Of a DNA stretch of 8,729 nt, positions 7,311-8,729 are shown one piece after another. Below the pieces are notes generated by a model. That model ran no database searches and had not been told where the DNA came from. It saw only the letters and a program-made list of their open reading frames with translations. Every line of letters begins with the position of its first letter. Position 1 is the first letter of the stretch. Source of the stretch: Paraspadella gotoi (Eukaryota > Animalia > Chaetognatha); NCBI GenBank assembly GCA_051294375.1, contig JBJCIZ010000344.1, forward strand, positions 1 to 8,729, given 5' to 3'. Both the position numbers and the translations under genes were made by a program.

Positions 7311-7338
7311 AGAGAGAGAGAGAGAGAGTGAGAGAGAG
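7311..7338. repeat. (AG)n microsatellite with one interruption
   Basis: AG run with a single TG unit. Confidence 0.93.
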
Positions 7339-7583
7339 GAGAAACAAAAACAACAGAGATAAATAAATAATAAAGATACATTTTTGCAATGTACAACAAA
7401 GATAAAGGAGTTTGAAAAAAAAAACTAACATTGGAGAAATTTTAACATTTAACTAGTGAATAAATAAGTAATTAGCTAAGGGATAGTTAAGTGAAAATGA
7501 AATATGAAAGAAAGTAGTTTTTAGTTTTAGTTGATAATTAGGAGATTAAGAAAGTGAAATTCAAGGGAAAGAAAGAGCCCAAA

Positions 7584-7665
7584 AAAAAAATCTTAATTTT
7601 TTATTTCTCCCCCAAATATTAAAGTTAAAAAAATTATTTTATAAAAATATTATTACAAATATATT
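7584..7665. repeat. Direct repeat, right copy (82 bp; partner 6928-7011)
   Basis: Near-identical to 6928-7011. Confidence 0.93.
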
Positions 7666-7852
7666 AAATTTATTATTCTATTCCTAAAACTATATAAACA
7701 AAATATTTTTATAATAATTAATTATACTATCTCACATTTAAATATTTTTACTTGATTATCTAAATATTTATTTTAATATTTTTAACTGCTTCACTCTACT
7801 GCACAAAGCAATAAAATATAATCTTATATTTTTTATAATTTTTTAATTTTTT

Positions 7853-7976
7853 TTATAAAATTGATACAACTAATATAAAACTTATCCAGTTATTTAATAA
7901 ATAAACTATTTTGTCCCTGACTTTGGACAGGCTTTAATAATTTAAAACCTTTACCATACTTACAAAATAATAACAT
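7853..7976. repeat. Right arm of the old 124-bp inverted repeat pair (partner 5544-5667)
   Basis: Contains TTTGGACAGG and AAAATAATAACAT, reverse complements of the left-arm anchors. Confidence 0.75.
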
Positions 7977-8597
7977 AACAGGTCCTGAAAACTATTAATC
8001 AAAACTTTTAATATTATTAATATATCTAAAGATAAAAATATATTTATTAATAAAAAATTAAGTTTTATAATTTTGAATATCATTTTTTTTACATATAAAT
8101 TAAAATTTATTATTGAATCAATCCTAATAAAAATAATAATCTTTTAAAAAATATTATTTTAATTAAAATATATTTAAAAAAATTAAATATATATAAAAAA
8201 TAAAAAATAGTTAAACAGTTGCTGTAACAATTTTTTTTCCATCATGGTACACATGTGACACTAGACATGGATTTTTTTGTTTCGTCGCGGCTGCGGTGGT
8301 CATCGCGGCACGGAAAATGAAAATTAAGAGAGCCACAGAGAGGCATTGAAAAAGTTAATTTCAGCGGCGCCCCACCAAATGTTTTCACGTTTTTCACAAG
8401 TCGATGGCGGCGACGGCGACCTTGGCAGTGCAGAAAATGAAAATTAACAAAAAAAACACGAGGCGAATAAAGAGAGTCAAGAAATTTCCATAGCAACTGT
8501 TAGAAAAGTGATATTGAGACACGATAACACGAAAAATTTGGTTTTGATCGAGGACCTGATCACGCATTAGATGATTAGGCGGTGTAAGAATTTCGAG

Positions 8598-8656
8598 AGC
8601 GACTAGTAGCGACGACGAGCGACAAGTAGCGAAAACAGCGAAAAACAGCGAAAACA
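8598..8656. repeat. AGCGA-core ~10-bp period minisatellite-like array (6 units)
   Basis: AGCGA starts at 8598, 8608, 8618, 8628, 8637 and 8647, with variable spacers. Confidence 0.75.
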
Positions 8657-8729
8657 ACCAAACCAGCTCCAGTAAATAATAAATTTCAAGATGAAACCAT
8701 GAAAACTACGCCTTTGTTCCCCCAGATTT

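Larger units (their letters stand above)
7012..7583 (-). mobile_element. Penelope-like element 3' UTR/pseudo-LTR fragment
   Basis: Minus strand reads: long T/C-rich UTR with (TC)n, then a minimal hammerhead, then AATAAA (7091-7086), then an ATG-initiated stub at the insert end. This order is typical of PLE pLTRs. No RT or GIY-YIG coding sequence is present. Confidence 0.65.

Noticed and set aside
205-8657. Remaining short ORFs (60-94 aa) in the ORF track
   Set aside because: Low complexity, overlapping repeats or microsatellites, several with non-ATG starts, and no domain features.

Overview
Very AT-rich, non-coding eukaryotic (probably invertebrate animal) DNA built almost entirely from nested, decaying mobile elements. 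No intact host gene is supported. The main result is two classes of self-cleaving ribozyme about 300 bp apart. (i) A ~205-bp tRNA-headed SINE-like element (6651-6855, +) has, directly after its tRNA-like head, a body that folds as a circularly permuted type-P5 twister ribozyme with a vestigial P1. A second, 5'-truncated and degenerate copy lies at 2779-2937. (ii) A Penelope-type minimal hammerhead (7098-7138, -) sits in a ~570-bp insert bracketed by ~83-bp near-perfect direct repeats. Also present: a 612-bp foldback MITE with an exact 8-bp TSD (1605-2216), a GC-rich 3' remnant of a Gypsy LTR retrotransposon (integrase GPY/F tail, PPT, short LTR; 3019-3606, -), three copies of a dispersed repeat carrying degenerate TTAGGG arrays, an old 124-bp inverted repeat pair, and several tandem or simple repeats. 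All structures were folded and aligned by eye; no searches were run.
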